From assembly GCA_964551335.1 (NCBI GenBank), contig CAZKCO010000025.1, positions 12,134 through 76,133 on the forward strand: a stretch of 64,000 nt of DNA. The letters are read 5' to 3'. Source of the stretch: an uncultured Roseivirgaceae bacterium. Its GTDB lineage: Bacteria; Bacteroidota; Bacteroidia; Cytophagales; Cyclobacteriaceae. The position numbers were made by a program, and so were the translations under genes. Of this stretch, positions 38,501-47,303 are shown piece after piece; position 1 is the stretch's first letter, and each line of letters begins with the position of its first letter. The notes beneath the pieces are model-generated. The model was not told the DNA's origin and did no database searches. It saw only the letters and a program-made list of their open reading frames with translations.

Positions 38501-41500
38501 CCGAGCCGAGCAGGTTATAGTAGCTTGTTGCTCAGCCGATTCTTCGGTTACTGCCTGTAGTTTACGAACCAGCAACTTACCGTGTCGTAGGGCAACTTCT
38601 GGGTAGATTGGCTTTTCGACTAGAGTAAAGTTCTCGTAGAGTGTCTCAATCTCGACCTTATTTACTTTCGCCGACAAATCTACTAGACTGGTCTTAATAA
38701 AAGGAAACTCGTTCATCAAAACCCGCCCCATTCCGTAGAGTGCTGCTTGATTGATGTTAACAACTTCTTCATCAACAATACGGTCGGCACCTTGAGTAAG
38801 CAGATATAGTCTTGGTTCACTTCCGTGATTAACAATAGCTCTAAGTGCATTAGTGGTAGCCTCCGCTAACGCTTCTTGTTGCTCGTCTAGAGCCTTCAAC
38901 GAAATTTCCGGATCAAATACACTATCTAATCCCCAAAGGTACATTACCCGACGTACTTTGAAGCCTTTGCGGGTTACTTCGGCCAGTACCCGTTCAATAT
39001 CCTCCTGAGATGAAGGATTCACTCGGAAGTGAGTTGAAGAAAGCTCTTCGTAGCTCGCTCCTTTTTCAACTAGCATCGGAAGCAGATTATCACCGCTAAA
39101 TTTCTCTAGCAGGGTCTGAGTCACCCCCTGTTGATCAACGAACAGCAGGCATCCTCCGGTAGCATCGCCATTCACTCGGGTCATCGCAGTTGGCTCCGAA
39201 GTTTCGGGAGCTTTTTCCCATGTATAGGCGTACATTCCGCGATATAATTCGTTAGCCGACTCTCCTCTAGAACCCTCGATGTATTTACAGGTTAGTCCCT
39301 GAATTTCAGCGACTAAGGTTCCGTCTTCGTTCAAAATAAAGTAGTCTCCTCGCAAATTGGCATCACTAGCTTCCGTTACACGGATATAACTCCAAATCTT
39401 GGTGTTGGGCTTGCTGTGAAGTTTAAACCGCTGGATATAAACGGGTAAATAGATCCCACGTTTTTCACCCTCTCTGCTTTCTTTCGCCGCAAAAATAGCG
39501 TGCAATGAAGCGTCTAATAAAGCCGGATGGAAACCGTACTCTTCAATTCCGTGATGCAGATTCTTGCTGAGTTTGATACCGGCCAGAATCTCGCTATCCC
39601 CTTTCCACAATTGCTGAATACAACGGAATGCTTCTCCGTACTGAAGCCCTCCCTCTTTGAGTTCAACGTACAGGTTGGAAACTGAAACGGTTTCGGTAAG
39701 CCGCTCCTGAATTTCGGGTAAATTAACCGATGAAGATATGAATGAGTCACCTAAATGATTCATCACTCCTCGGGAATGCATCGTCCAGGGAGTATCATCT
39801 CCTTCGCCCTTGCTAAAGATACGGTAACTCCCTTCATCAGAAGCCACCTCCAGTCGAATGTCCATTGACTCACCTTCGTCTGGTAGAAAAAGTGCCGACT
39901 CAAAGTGAATATCTTCTAAAAACCCGAATGATTCACCAAATGAAGACTTTGCCGCGGCAAATGCTACTTCTAGGTGCCCGGTTCCCGGATAAATAACGGT
40001 ACCGTCTACTTTATGATCCTCGATATAGGGATGCACTTTCGTATCCAGCTGCAACTTCCAAATAAAATGGTTAGGATTGGCTGCCGAACGCTCTACACTA
40101 GATAAATGCGGGTGAATCACTTCGCCTAAACGTTCGTTGGCATGTTCAGGAACTTCAAACCAGTAGCGTTCGTGCTGCCAGGAGTATGCCGGAAGGTCCA
40201 CTAACGCCCCGTTCGGGTTTAGCTGCTTCCAATCAATACAATAGCCCTGAGTAAACAACATTCCTAGCGACCCCATCAGAGTAATTGCTTCATCTTCTTT
40301 TCGGCGCAAGGAGGGGACAATAAACGCCGCTTTAACAGATTTGGCTTTCAGTAGATCATTCGCCCCGATGGTTAGCACTGGGTGGGGAGCAATTTCAATG
40401 AACGTATCAAAACCATCGTCGGCCATCCGTGCCAGAGCATCAGTGAAGTAGACTGGCTCCCGTACGTTTTGGTACCAGTAGTTACTATCCAGATGTGACC
40501 CATCCTCTTGCTTACCGGTTACTGTGGAGTACAACGGAATAGTAGCTTCGCTAGGCTCCAGATGATCTAGTGATTCAATTAGCTCTGCTTTTAGCGGCTC
40601 CATATGGTGACTATGGAACGGGACATTAACCCTTAAAAAACGACAGAAGACATCTTTCTGCTCCAGTTGCTGAGCAATTTTCTCCAGCGGTTCTGAATCT
40701 CCCGAAAAGGTCAGCATGTTGGGACCGTTGATTGCTGCAATGGATACTACATCCTCAAAACCTATAATTGCCTCGCGAGCCTCTGCTACCGTAAGGGCAG
40801 CAGCCAGCATCTTGCCTTTCCCGGTAGCTCGGTTTTGCCCCCGGCTACGATGATAGATCACTTCTACCGCCTGGTCAAGCGTTAACGATCCACTGGCATA
40901 GGCGGCGGCCACTTCTCCAATAGAATGTCCTACACAACCTTCGGGAGTTACTCCCCATGATTTCCAGATTTCGGTAAGTCCGATCTGCACCGCCATGATA
41001 GCCGGTTGAGCAATCCTAGTTTCGCTTACCCGGGAAGTAGCTTCATCCCGGCTCATTTCTTCCAGCAACGACCAATCAGCTAACTGCTGGAACCGCTGGT
41101 CAATCTGTTCAATTACCTCTCGGAAAATAGACGAAGATTCAATTAACTGCTGCCCCATGGCATACCATTGAGGCCCCTGACCCGAAAAGATGAAACCTAA
41201 CTTAGGCTTATGACCTTTTTTTGCCTTCTGCTCGAACATGCCTGGCCGGGTTTCTTCCCCAAGATAGGCCTCAAGTTTTTCCCGAAGTTCTTCTTTGGTT
41301 CGAGCAGCCACAGAAAGTCGATAATCAAGTGCTGAACGGCGGGCTCCAGCACTGTAACAAATATCTGACAGGGAATTAGGTGTGTTCCCCAAATACTCAA
41401 CGTACTGGGTGACATTATCCCGGAGCGCTTCTTTAGTTTGAGCTGATACGGTAAATAATTCTACCCTTTCGGCTTCACTTCCACCGGAAATATCCTTCTT

Positions 41501-42901
41501 AGATTTAGTTTGCGGTTGATAAGCCTGTAATACAGCATGAGCATTAGTTCCACCCGCTCCGAAGGAGTTAACCCCACCAATAATAGGGTGTCCGTTTTGA
41601 GGTAAGTCAACCAGTTCGGTTGGCACTTGCAAGCGATAATCGTCAAAGGGAATCTTTGGGTTTGGATTCTCGAAGTGTAGGTTTTGGGGAACCTGCCTAT
41701 TTTTCAATACCAGTGACAATTTGATCAGACCAGCAATACCGGCGGCAGATTCTAAGTGGCCTATATTGGTTTTTACCGAACCCATCCAGCATTTTTCGTT
41801 CTCAGAACGGTTTTTACCAAATACTTCGCCGAAGGCCCGCGTCTCAATTGGGTCACCTACAGGAGTACCCGTTCCGTGGGCTTCAATGTAGGCTACGTTT
41901 TTTGGGTCTACTCCAGCCTTTTCGTAAGCAGTTTCCAGCATCGCTACCTGAGAAGAAAAACTCGGAACTGTAAAACCTTCTTCGGTATGACCATCTTGAT
42001 TCACGGCAGTTCCGAGAATAGTGGCGTAGATATGATCACCATCAGCCTCTGCTCTCGATAGCGGCTTGAGCATAACAACTCCGCAACCCTCACTACGAAC
42101 GTAACCATTGGCACGGCTATCAAAAGTTTTGCAATAGCCATCAGGAGACAGAAAATTACCCTTCGACATCATGATCGACGACTCAGGGCGAAGCAAGGCA
42201 TTAACTCCACCGGCCAAGGCTTGGTCGCTCTCGCCTGACCAGATACTCTGACAAGCCAGATGCACCCCCACAAGAGAAGAAGAGCAGGCCGTATCTAGGC
42301 TAACGCTAGGGCCTTTTAGGTTATAAACGTAAGAGATACGGTTGGCAATGGCGGTAAGCGAAGACCCCATCGGTACGTGGGGGGTAATGGCGTTACGCTG
42401 CTCGGTTGAGACTTGAATATCCCAGTAGTCGTTCATAAAAACACCCATAAATACCGCCGTTTTGGTGTCAGATACAGATTCCATCGGAATTCCAGCATCT
42501 TCTAACGCCTGGTAGGTTACCTCCAGCAGCATTCGTTGTTGCGGATCAATGCATTGGGCTTCAGCAGGAAACATACCAAAAAATGCAGGATCAAAGTGAC
42601 TTATATCTTTGACAAATCCGCCTTTTTTGTTCTTAATTTTACCAGCCTTATTGTTATCCGGATCGTAAAATTTTTTCAAATTCCAACGATCGGGCGGCAC
42701 ATCGGTGATGGCGTTTTTTCCTTCGGAAAGCAATTTCCAGAAAGACGATGGATCATTCACTTCGCCCGGGAAGCGACACCCAATGCCAACAATGGCAATG
42801 GGCTCGCGAGGATTGGTAGAATCATCCTTCCGGGTGGAATCGTTCTCTACAGACACAGCTGTCGCAGGAACACCATGGGTGGGGGCACTAAATGTAGACA
42901 T
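35546..42901 (-). CDS. Single-module highly reducing type I PKS (KS-AT-DH-ER-KR-ACP-TE)
   Basis: KS DTACSSS/HGTGT/NIGH; AT GHSIG/VPFHS; DH HKVDGTVIYP and HPALLD; ER LIHAASGGVG; KR GGASGFG/HSAAVLND/YSSAN; ACP GLDSL; TE GHSFG/GDHW. Confidence 0.95.
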   Translation of the reverse strand: MSTFSAPTHGVPATAVSVENDSTRKDDSTNPREPIAIVGIGCRFPGEVNDPSSFWKLLSEGKNAITDVPPDRWNLKKFYDPDNNKAGKIKNKKGGFVKDISHFDPAFFGMFPAEAQCIDPQQRMLLEVTYQALEDAGIPMESVSDTKTAVFMGVFMNDYWDIQVSTEQRNAITPHVPMGSSLTAIANRISYVYNLKGPSVSLDTACSSSLVGVHLACQSIWSGESDQALAGGVNALLRPESSIMMSKGNFLSPDGYCKTFDSRANGYVRSEGCGVVMLKPLSRAEADGDHIYATILGTAVNQDGHTEEGFTVPSFSSQVAMLETAYEKAGVDPKNVAYIEAHGTGTPVGDPIETRAFGEVFGKNRSENEKCWMGSVKTNIGHLESAAGIAGLIKLSLVLKNRQVPQNLHFENPNPKIPFDDYRLQVPTELVDLPQNGHPIIGGVNSFGAGGTNAHAVLQAYQPQTKSKKDISGGSEAERVELFTVSAQTKEALRDNVTQYVEYLGNTPNSLSDICYSAGARRSALDYRLSVAARTKEELREKLEAYLGEETRPGMFEQKAKKGHKPKLGFIFSGQGPQWYAMGQQLIESSSIFREVIEQIDQRFQQLADWSLLEEMSRDEATSRVSETRIAQPAIMAVQIGLTEIWKSWGVTPEGCVGHSIGEVAAAYASGSLTLDQAVEVIYHRSRGQNRATGKGKMLAAALTVAEAREAIIGFEDVVSIAAINGPNMLTFSGDSEPLEKIAQQLEQKDVFCRFLRVNVPFHSHHMEPLKAELIESLDHLEPSEATIPLYSTVTGKQEDGSHLDSNYWYQNVREPVYFTDALARMADDGFDTFIEIAPHPVLTIGANDLLKAKSVKAAFIVPSLRRKEDEAITLMGSLGMLFTQGYCIDWKQLNPNGALVDLPAYSWQHERYWFEVPEHANERLGEVIHPHLSSVERSAANPNHFIWKLQLDTKVHPYIEDHKVDGTVIYPGTGHLEVAFAAAKSSFGESFGFLEDIHFESALFLPDEGESMDIRLEVASDEGSYRIFSKGEGDDTPWTMHSRGVMNHLGDSFISSSVNLPEIQERLTETVSVSNLYVELKEGGLQYGEAFRCIQQLWKGDSEILAGIKLSKNLHHGIEEYGFHPALLDASLHAIFAAKESREGEKRGIYLPVYIQRFKLHSKPNTKIWSYIRVTEASDANLRGDYFILNEDGTLVAEIQGLTCKYIEGSRGESANELYRGMYAYTWEKAPETSEPTAMTRVNGDATGGCLLFVDQQGVTQTLLEKFSGDNLLPMLVEKGASYEELSSTHFRVNPSSQEDIERVLAEVTRKGFKVRRVMYLWGLDSVFDPEISLKALDEQQEALAEATTNALRAIVNHGSEPRLYLLTQGADRIVDEEVVNINQAALYGMGRVLMNEFPFIKTSLVDLSAKVNKVEIETLYENFTLVEKPIYPEVALRHGKLLVRKLQAVTEESAEQQATITCSARGKAYRASVKEYGTLDGIEFRQVVSAELADDSVEIEVRSAGLNFKDIMNVMGLLNDEAVQGGIAGKNLGLECSGVISRVGKNVTEFAEGDEVMAWAANSYAGFTVTPASCVVKKPVNLSFEEAATITVAYLTAYYSLNYLARLSEDDTVLIHAASGGVGIAAIRLAKLAGANIIATAGTEEKRKFVRSLGVEHVFDSRSLKFADEVRSATQGRGVDIVLNSLSGKGITQSIKCLAPFGRFIEIGKADIYQDTKLALKRFGENLSYHAVDVDRLMLQKPKLAKRLYQEVVSLFTKQQLSVHPHQVYPVSRLADALRVLSKGGHIGKLVVTMQTDDEIEVLPAQELELSADATYLLTGGASGFGLMLAQWLAEKGARRLVLLSRSGYKHQGDFQIAENLKQQGVELYPMNLDITDSRAVNGVVEYIEKHLPPLKGIIHSAAVLNDATLMNTDTERFMKVFRPKVLGAWNLHQATQNASLDFFLSLSSISSLFGLPGQSNYSSANNFLDRLAQYRQSQGLAGSSINLGVLGMYAGMSKEGGNVLNVLANQGWLPLSLTQVTQKIETVLLQQPAVRMAANLDWQRFRSFFSHLQQDVRFAHFLEEAQQGGGSNSNSTLADQVKNAAEDQQVPLLRSLLAESLAKILGATVDQIETDVSISAMGLDSLMLNQLRNWIQQKLEVNFPLMKIAKGPSLMELAEQLLEELTETVVNKQSSEAGNADASGIASEADIEVVGGKWLVRNKRNQQDVKQRVFCFHPVGAGASMFSHFIYNAPENTDVLAFQLPGRENRSGEEPYEDMLKLIPDLAQVIRPYLDKPFIIMGHSFGGMVGFELIRYIRAQYGIEAKHLFITGTIAPQLTLKWKERDVISQTAVETNSEERLLSLMNYIDDVEFLKRILPVMRKDMPLIMSYRYEELEKLHCPITAFAATQDEVVLVDEVRQWEAQTSSEFTLEVVEGDHWFLSRNRELVLERLTQAMKDDTLSLVQTK

Positions 42902-42929
42902 AATTTAGGTAGTTAATCTTACAATTTTG

Positions 42930-42956
42930 TACAACTATCAATATAGAATAGTTGTA
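42930..42956. promoter_or_regulatory. Perfect 9-bp inverted repeat with 9-bp spacer upstream of the PKS
   Basis: TACAACTAT-N9-ATAGTTGTA, 29-55 bp before the PKS ATG. Confidence 0.5.
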
Positions 42957-43151
42957 GATCCAATAATTTCTTACTTAGGTATAAGCGATTTTAGCTTAGG
43001 AAATAGTAGTAAAGGGCAATGGTAGTACGTCTCTCGTCAGTGTATGAATACAAACCTATACTTTGTGATAATGAAAAAATAACCGCATACGGAACTTTGC
43101 TTACATTCGTAAGAAAAAGCTTATTCAGGTATATATAACCTAAAATATAAT

Positions 43152-43176
43152 TATTATAGTTATATATACTATAATA
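43152..43176. promoter_or_regulatory. Second 9-bp inverted repeat in the PKS upstream region
   Basis: TATTATAGT-N7-ACTATAATA; lies in very AT-rich DNA, so chance occurrence is possible. Confidence 0.3.
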
Positions 43177-43463
43177 TTAATTATAATACATTTCGCAAAC
43201 TGAACATATGCTAGTCTCTAACCAATTTACAATGATGCATTATCGAGATGTAAGTTTTTTTTGACTTATTCATATTTTTCTGATAATAGAATAAGGTTCA
43301 TCAATTGAGTCACTCAGGTTTTGTTTTTAGGAATTATCTCTTAAATAATCTACCAAAAGGTATTTTTCATTATTCAAATAGTACCAATATTTGAAAAATA
43401 TTCTACGATTTTTTCTAATCAGAATACCCGAGGGATTTATTGATGTCTACAACGTTTTGGAAA

Positions 43464-44804
43464 CTATCTAATTAAGGACTTTGCCAATATCTTTCGTAAA
43501 TACCAGAAAGAAATTAGGGCACCGAGTAGATAACTAAGAGCAATTCCTATAAAAATACCGGCAATGCCACCCAGAAAGGAACCTAAGTAGGCCAAAGGGA
43601 GGTACAAGACAAACATCTGTATAGCCGAAATAACGAAAGCTGGCAATGGCTTGCTCATCGTATTCAAGCTGGCGTTCCCAATCAAATATATTCCTTGGAA
43701 ACCAAAGCTGAGTGGAAGAATCGTTAAGTAAAGTGAAACTTTCTCGACTACCGGCTGACTATCGGTAAAAATCCGGGCTACAGGCTCAGCCAGTAACCAG
43801 AGCACCAGAGCTGCTAGAGCACCCCACAGCAGGGAAAAGCCACTTCCGAAAGTAATTGACTCCCGAATTCTTCCCCAAGCGTTTTTTCCTACATTTTGTC
43901 CAATGAAAGGAGCAATAGCCGCCGAAAGCGCAAAAAAAACACTGGTACCCAATACTTCAATCCGACTGCCTACTCCGAACGCAGCCACAGCGTCAGGGCC
44001 ATAAGTGGCTAATAATGCAGTAGCCCCTCCTACCGCCAGTGGTACGATCATCCGGGAAATGCCAGTAGGAAGGCCAATGTACAAAATAGCCCGCCAACAG
44101 CCCATCAGCACCGATCTGGAAGGAATGTCAAAGGTAATCAGTCGCTCGCGGTATCGGAGAATGTAGAGAGAAACTAGCAGGGTTAGCCCTCGGGAAACAG
44201 CGGTTGCTAACGCAGCTCCCTGAAGCCCAAGAGCAGGGACCTGCCCCCAGCCAAAAATCAGTAAGGGATCTAGGACTGCATTGATGAGCACGGCAAAAAG
44301 CATGATATAACTAGGAGTCTGGGTGTCGCCGGTTGCCCGAATAGCACTATTGCCAACAAAAGGTACGATTACGAAGAGTATAGTAAAATACCAAATCTCC
44401 ATGTACTCACGTACTAGCGGCAACACTTCTGGCCCTGCTCCCAGCGCAGTAAATAAAGGATTGATGGTAGAAAGCCCAATAAATACACAGATCAGAACTA
44501 ATATGATGGCAAGAAACAGACTGTCCGTAGTTTCCCGAGCTGCTTTACCCAAGTCATTTCTGCCGAACGACTGAGAGATAAGGGCGGTAGCCCCAATTCC
44601 AATTCCTTGTACCAAGCTAAAAATTACCATAATTACCGGAAAGGTAAAGCTCAAAGCAGCCAGTTCATTTTCTCCCAGTTTTCCGATAAAGTAGGTATCT
44701 ACCAAGTTGAAACCCACCATGCTCAATATCCCCACCACCATCGGCAACGTTAGTTGAAATAGAGTGAGTGGAACGGAGCCCTGGGTTAAGTCCTTACGCT
44801 TCAA
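43464..44804 (-). CDS. MATE family efflux transporter
   Basis: NLVDTYFIGKLG, RATGDTQTP, LDPLLIFG, GLQGAALAT; about 12 TM helices; TTG start. Confidence 0.92.
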   Translation of the reverse strand: MKRKDLTQGSVPLTLFQLTLPMVVGILSMVGFNLVDTYFIGKLGENELAALSFTFPVIMVIFSLVQGIGIGATALISQSFGRNDLGKAARETTDSLFLAIILVLICVFIGLSTINPLFTALGAGPEVLPLVREYMEIWYFTILFVIVPFVGNSAIRATGDTQTPSYIMLFAVLINAVLDPLLIFGWGQVPALGLQGAALATAVSRGLTLLVSLYILRYRERLITFDIPSRSVLMGCWRAILYIGLPTGISRMIVPLAVGGATALLATYGPDAVAAFGVGSRIEVLGTSVFFALSAAIAPFIGQNVGKNAWGRIRESITFGSGFSLLWGALAALVLWLLAEPVARIFTDSQPVVEKVSLYLTILPLSFGFQGIYLIGNASLNTMSKPLPAFVISAIQMFVLYLPLAYLGSFLGGIAGIFIGIALSYLLGALISFWYLRKILAKSLIR

Positions 44805-44822
44805 AAAAGTTAAACTTGGGGT

Positions 44823-45131
44823 TTAGTGCTGATAACCAGCCTTTAATTTTGCCAGCATTTCATCCGAAACAGATTCAGCGTAGGCACCGTAGGCATCTAC
44901 CAGCGTCCCTTTATCTTTGTTGCTGGTTTCAATAGCATAGAGCACCGAATTATCGTCGGGATTGGACATTCCCTCAAAGCGGTGAACTTCAGTGATGGTA
45001 AATTCTTTAGGGCGGTAATGCATTTTAAGCTGCTTGCAATAAATGCGATCTTTCTCCAAATTAAAATCATGAACGTAGCCACGAGCTTGGAGATCGTTGA
45101 GTGCTTCAACCAATGTGTCGTAGGAAGGCAT
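44823..45131 (-). CDS. Small acidic conserved Bacteroidota protein of unknown function
   Basis: GYVHDF, EVHRFEGMSNPDDNSVLYAI, GTLVDAYG family motif. Confidence 0.8.
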   Translation of the reverse strand: MPSYDTLVEALNDLQARGYVHDFNLEKDRIYCKQLKMHYRPKEFTITEVHRFEGMSNPDDNSVLYAIETSNKDKGTLVDAYGAYAESVSDEMLAKLKAGYQH

Positions 45132-45677
45132 AGGTCGCTAATTTTGGTTGTTGGAAGCTACGGCAATTCTGCTAAAATTACTACCTTTCGTTTCTTAACC
45201 TTCATTCTTTTATGTTGGCTAAGCTGCCCACATTCCTATCGTTGCCTTTAGTTTCCCACACTGATTTCTGTACCAACTGCACCTGTAGTATCTTACTTTT
45301 ATTGGGCAAAAAAAGAAGGTGCGGATGCATAGATCGTTTTTATGCTTTACCCAGATCAAATGACAAACACCAGAGCAACCCCTCTGTCAATTGACTAAAG
45401 TATTTTTACCTAAGGCTATCGGCATTTTAGCCTTACCTTCTTTAGAAACATACTTCACAGAATAACATATTTATCCTGGTACGTCTACCAGATCTCTTTT
45501 AGAGCAACACACTAAAAGAACGACTGTGAAAAGAGATAGGGGCAAATGGAAGAATTGTCCAACTTGAGTACTATCGCTAATTCTGTATACCAACCCTAAA
45601 AGCAGTAAAATCTCGAGAAGTAAAAAGAGGTTTTCAATCGGTCACGGAGAAAATTCGGTCGTCGGCTTACTTAGATT

Positions 45678-47006
45678 TTAATTAGTAAACCGAATGAAGG
45701 CAAACATCTGCCATTGAAAATAAAGGTTATTGAGAAAGACCAAAGTCAGAAATAACGCTAGTAAGGAATTGGCTTGAATCTGCTTCTGCCCTTGTATGAA
45801 TTTTTCCAGTCCTAAGGCGACCATAACGATCAGGAAGAATGTCCATTCACAGGCATAAAGCATAATATCATCACCATACAGAAAAAAGATTACGGCATTA
45901 GCCAGCAAACTCACAATTGTAATTTTCACAATTGGTGAGTTAAACAACCGGTATTTTATAATGGCCCAAGTGGCTAGACCCAGAATTGCTGTCCAGATTA
46001 GAAGTCCCGGCCAGGCTATTGCGGGATAATCTAGTAAATTACTTTCTCGGAAAGAAACTAAAAGTATATCCGGGTTCCGTAGGTGCTGTACCAGTTTAGG
46101 CAGAGGCGCTAGTATATTAAAATAAAAAAGGTGCTCGCCGAGGTTTATCAGCTTGACTCCCGCTTCCGTGAACGTTTCGGGCAAGAAAAGGTACTGGATG
46201 TCCTTCAGAGGTTCTCTAGGACGAGACAGTAACCAGAAGTTTAGTGCTACCTTCTGAATAACTACCAACCCCAGAAACAAGGCCACCGACTGAGCCAGGA
46301 ACTTGACAATGAACGTTTGTTTCGATCGACTCTTTACATCACTCCACCGAGGTAGCCATTGGCCGTTGCTTCCCTTTATTAGCTTAGCGTAAGTTATAGC
46401 GATGACAATAAATGCGGCATTCACGAGGTTTATCCCGACTAAATACACCGATATTATAGCCCAAACCCATACTGGCGGCTTACGCACCACCGCAATCAGC
46501 AGCGCAATAAGTCCGGCAGCCGAAAAAATATAGGTGTCAGGTATGGTAGAAAATATCAGGTTGGTCGATGTTAATCCAAACAGGCCGGCGTAAAGTAGGC
46601 TTCGGGGCCAAGGTACAGCCAGTTGGTAAAATAAATACGCACATCCTAGCACGCATAGTGCCCCAAATAGAGCGCAAAACAATGATGTTACTACATAAGG
46701 GTCAGAGATCACCTTATTTACCAATCTGGCAGCAGGGTTAAACATAACAGGGAAGAGGGGGTGAAAAAGAGCTCGTTTATAGTACCCCCTGGTGCTGAAT
46801 AACTTCAAAGCCAAAAACTCAGAATCAGCCTGAAAATACAGATCATTCTCATGGTAGCCTGCACCTCGGTCTCGTTCTATTGAAAGATAATGGATGCCGG
46901 TAATGAAATAAATACTGAAAAAAAGTATTGTTAATCCTGCTAAGCTAAAAATCTTATTTCGGTGATTAGAAATAAGCTTGCGAGGCGAAGTTACAGCCTT
47001 TTGCAT
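45678..47006 (-). CDS. Polytopic membrane protein, GT-C-glycosyltransferase-like
   Basis: About 10-12 TM helices with periplasmic-loop motifs HPLFP and PDTYIFS. Confidence 0.55.
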   Translation of the reverse strand: MQKAVTSPRKLISNHRNKIFSLAGLTILFFSIYFITGIHYLSIERDRGAGYHENDLYFQADSEFLALKLFSTRGYYKRALFHPLFPVMFNPAARLVNKVISDPYVVTSLFCALFGALCVLGCAYLFYQLAVPWPRSLLYAGLFGLTSTNLIFSTIPDTYIFSAAGLIALLIAVVRKPPVWVWAIISVYLVGINLVNAAFIVIAITYAKLIKGSNGQWLPRWSDVKSRSKQTFIVKFLAQSVALFLGLVVIQKVALNFWLLSRPREPLKDIQYLFLPETFTEAGVKLINLGEHLFYFNILAPLPKLVQHLRNPDILLVSFRESNLLDYPAIAWPGLLIWTAILGLATWAIIKYRLFNSPIVKITIVSLLANAVIFFLYGDDIMLYACEWTFFLIVMVALGLEKFIQGQKQIQANSLLALFLTLVFLNNLYFQWQMFAFIRFTN

Positions 47007-47303
47007 AAAAAAATAAAGTGTTTACTTCTAAAAAATTCCCACTAATTACATAAAATAATATTTCAAAACTAACCAGAACTGAATAAATATCATTCCATAC
47101 GGACAAATAAAAGTGTTGTCAATTTTTTTATAATGTAATACAGTTACCTATACTGTAAACACTAACTACTGAGTAAATAAATACTACTAGTGAGCTAACT
47201 AGTTGCCTTTTCCTTTTGTTGTGACTCACAACTTTTTGCAGTAATGCTTCTGATCTAGTATTTTCCGTTTCTGCAACCCATTGCTGCTTAAACCAACGAA
47301 TTC

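Noticed and set aside
45132-45677. 546-bp gap as a possible sRNA or gene remnant
   Set aside because: No convincing ORF, hairpin series or repeat was found by eye.
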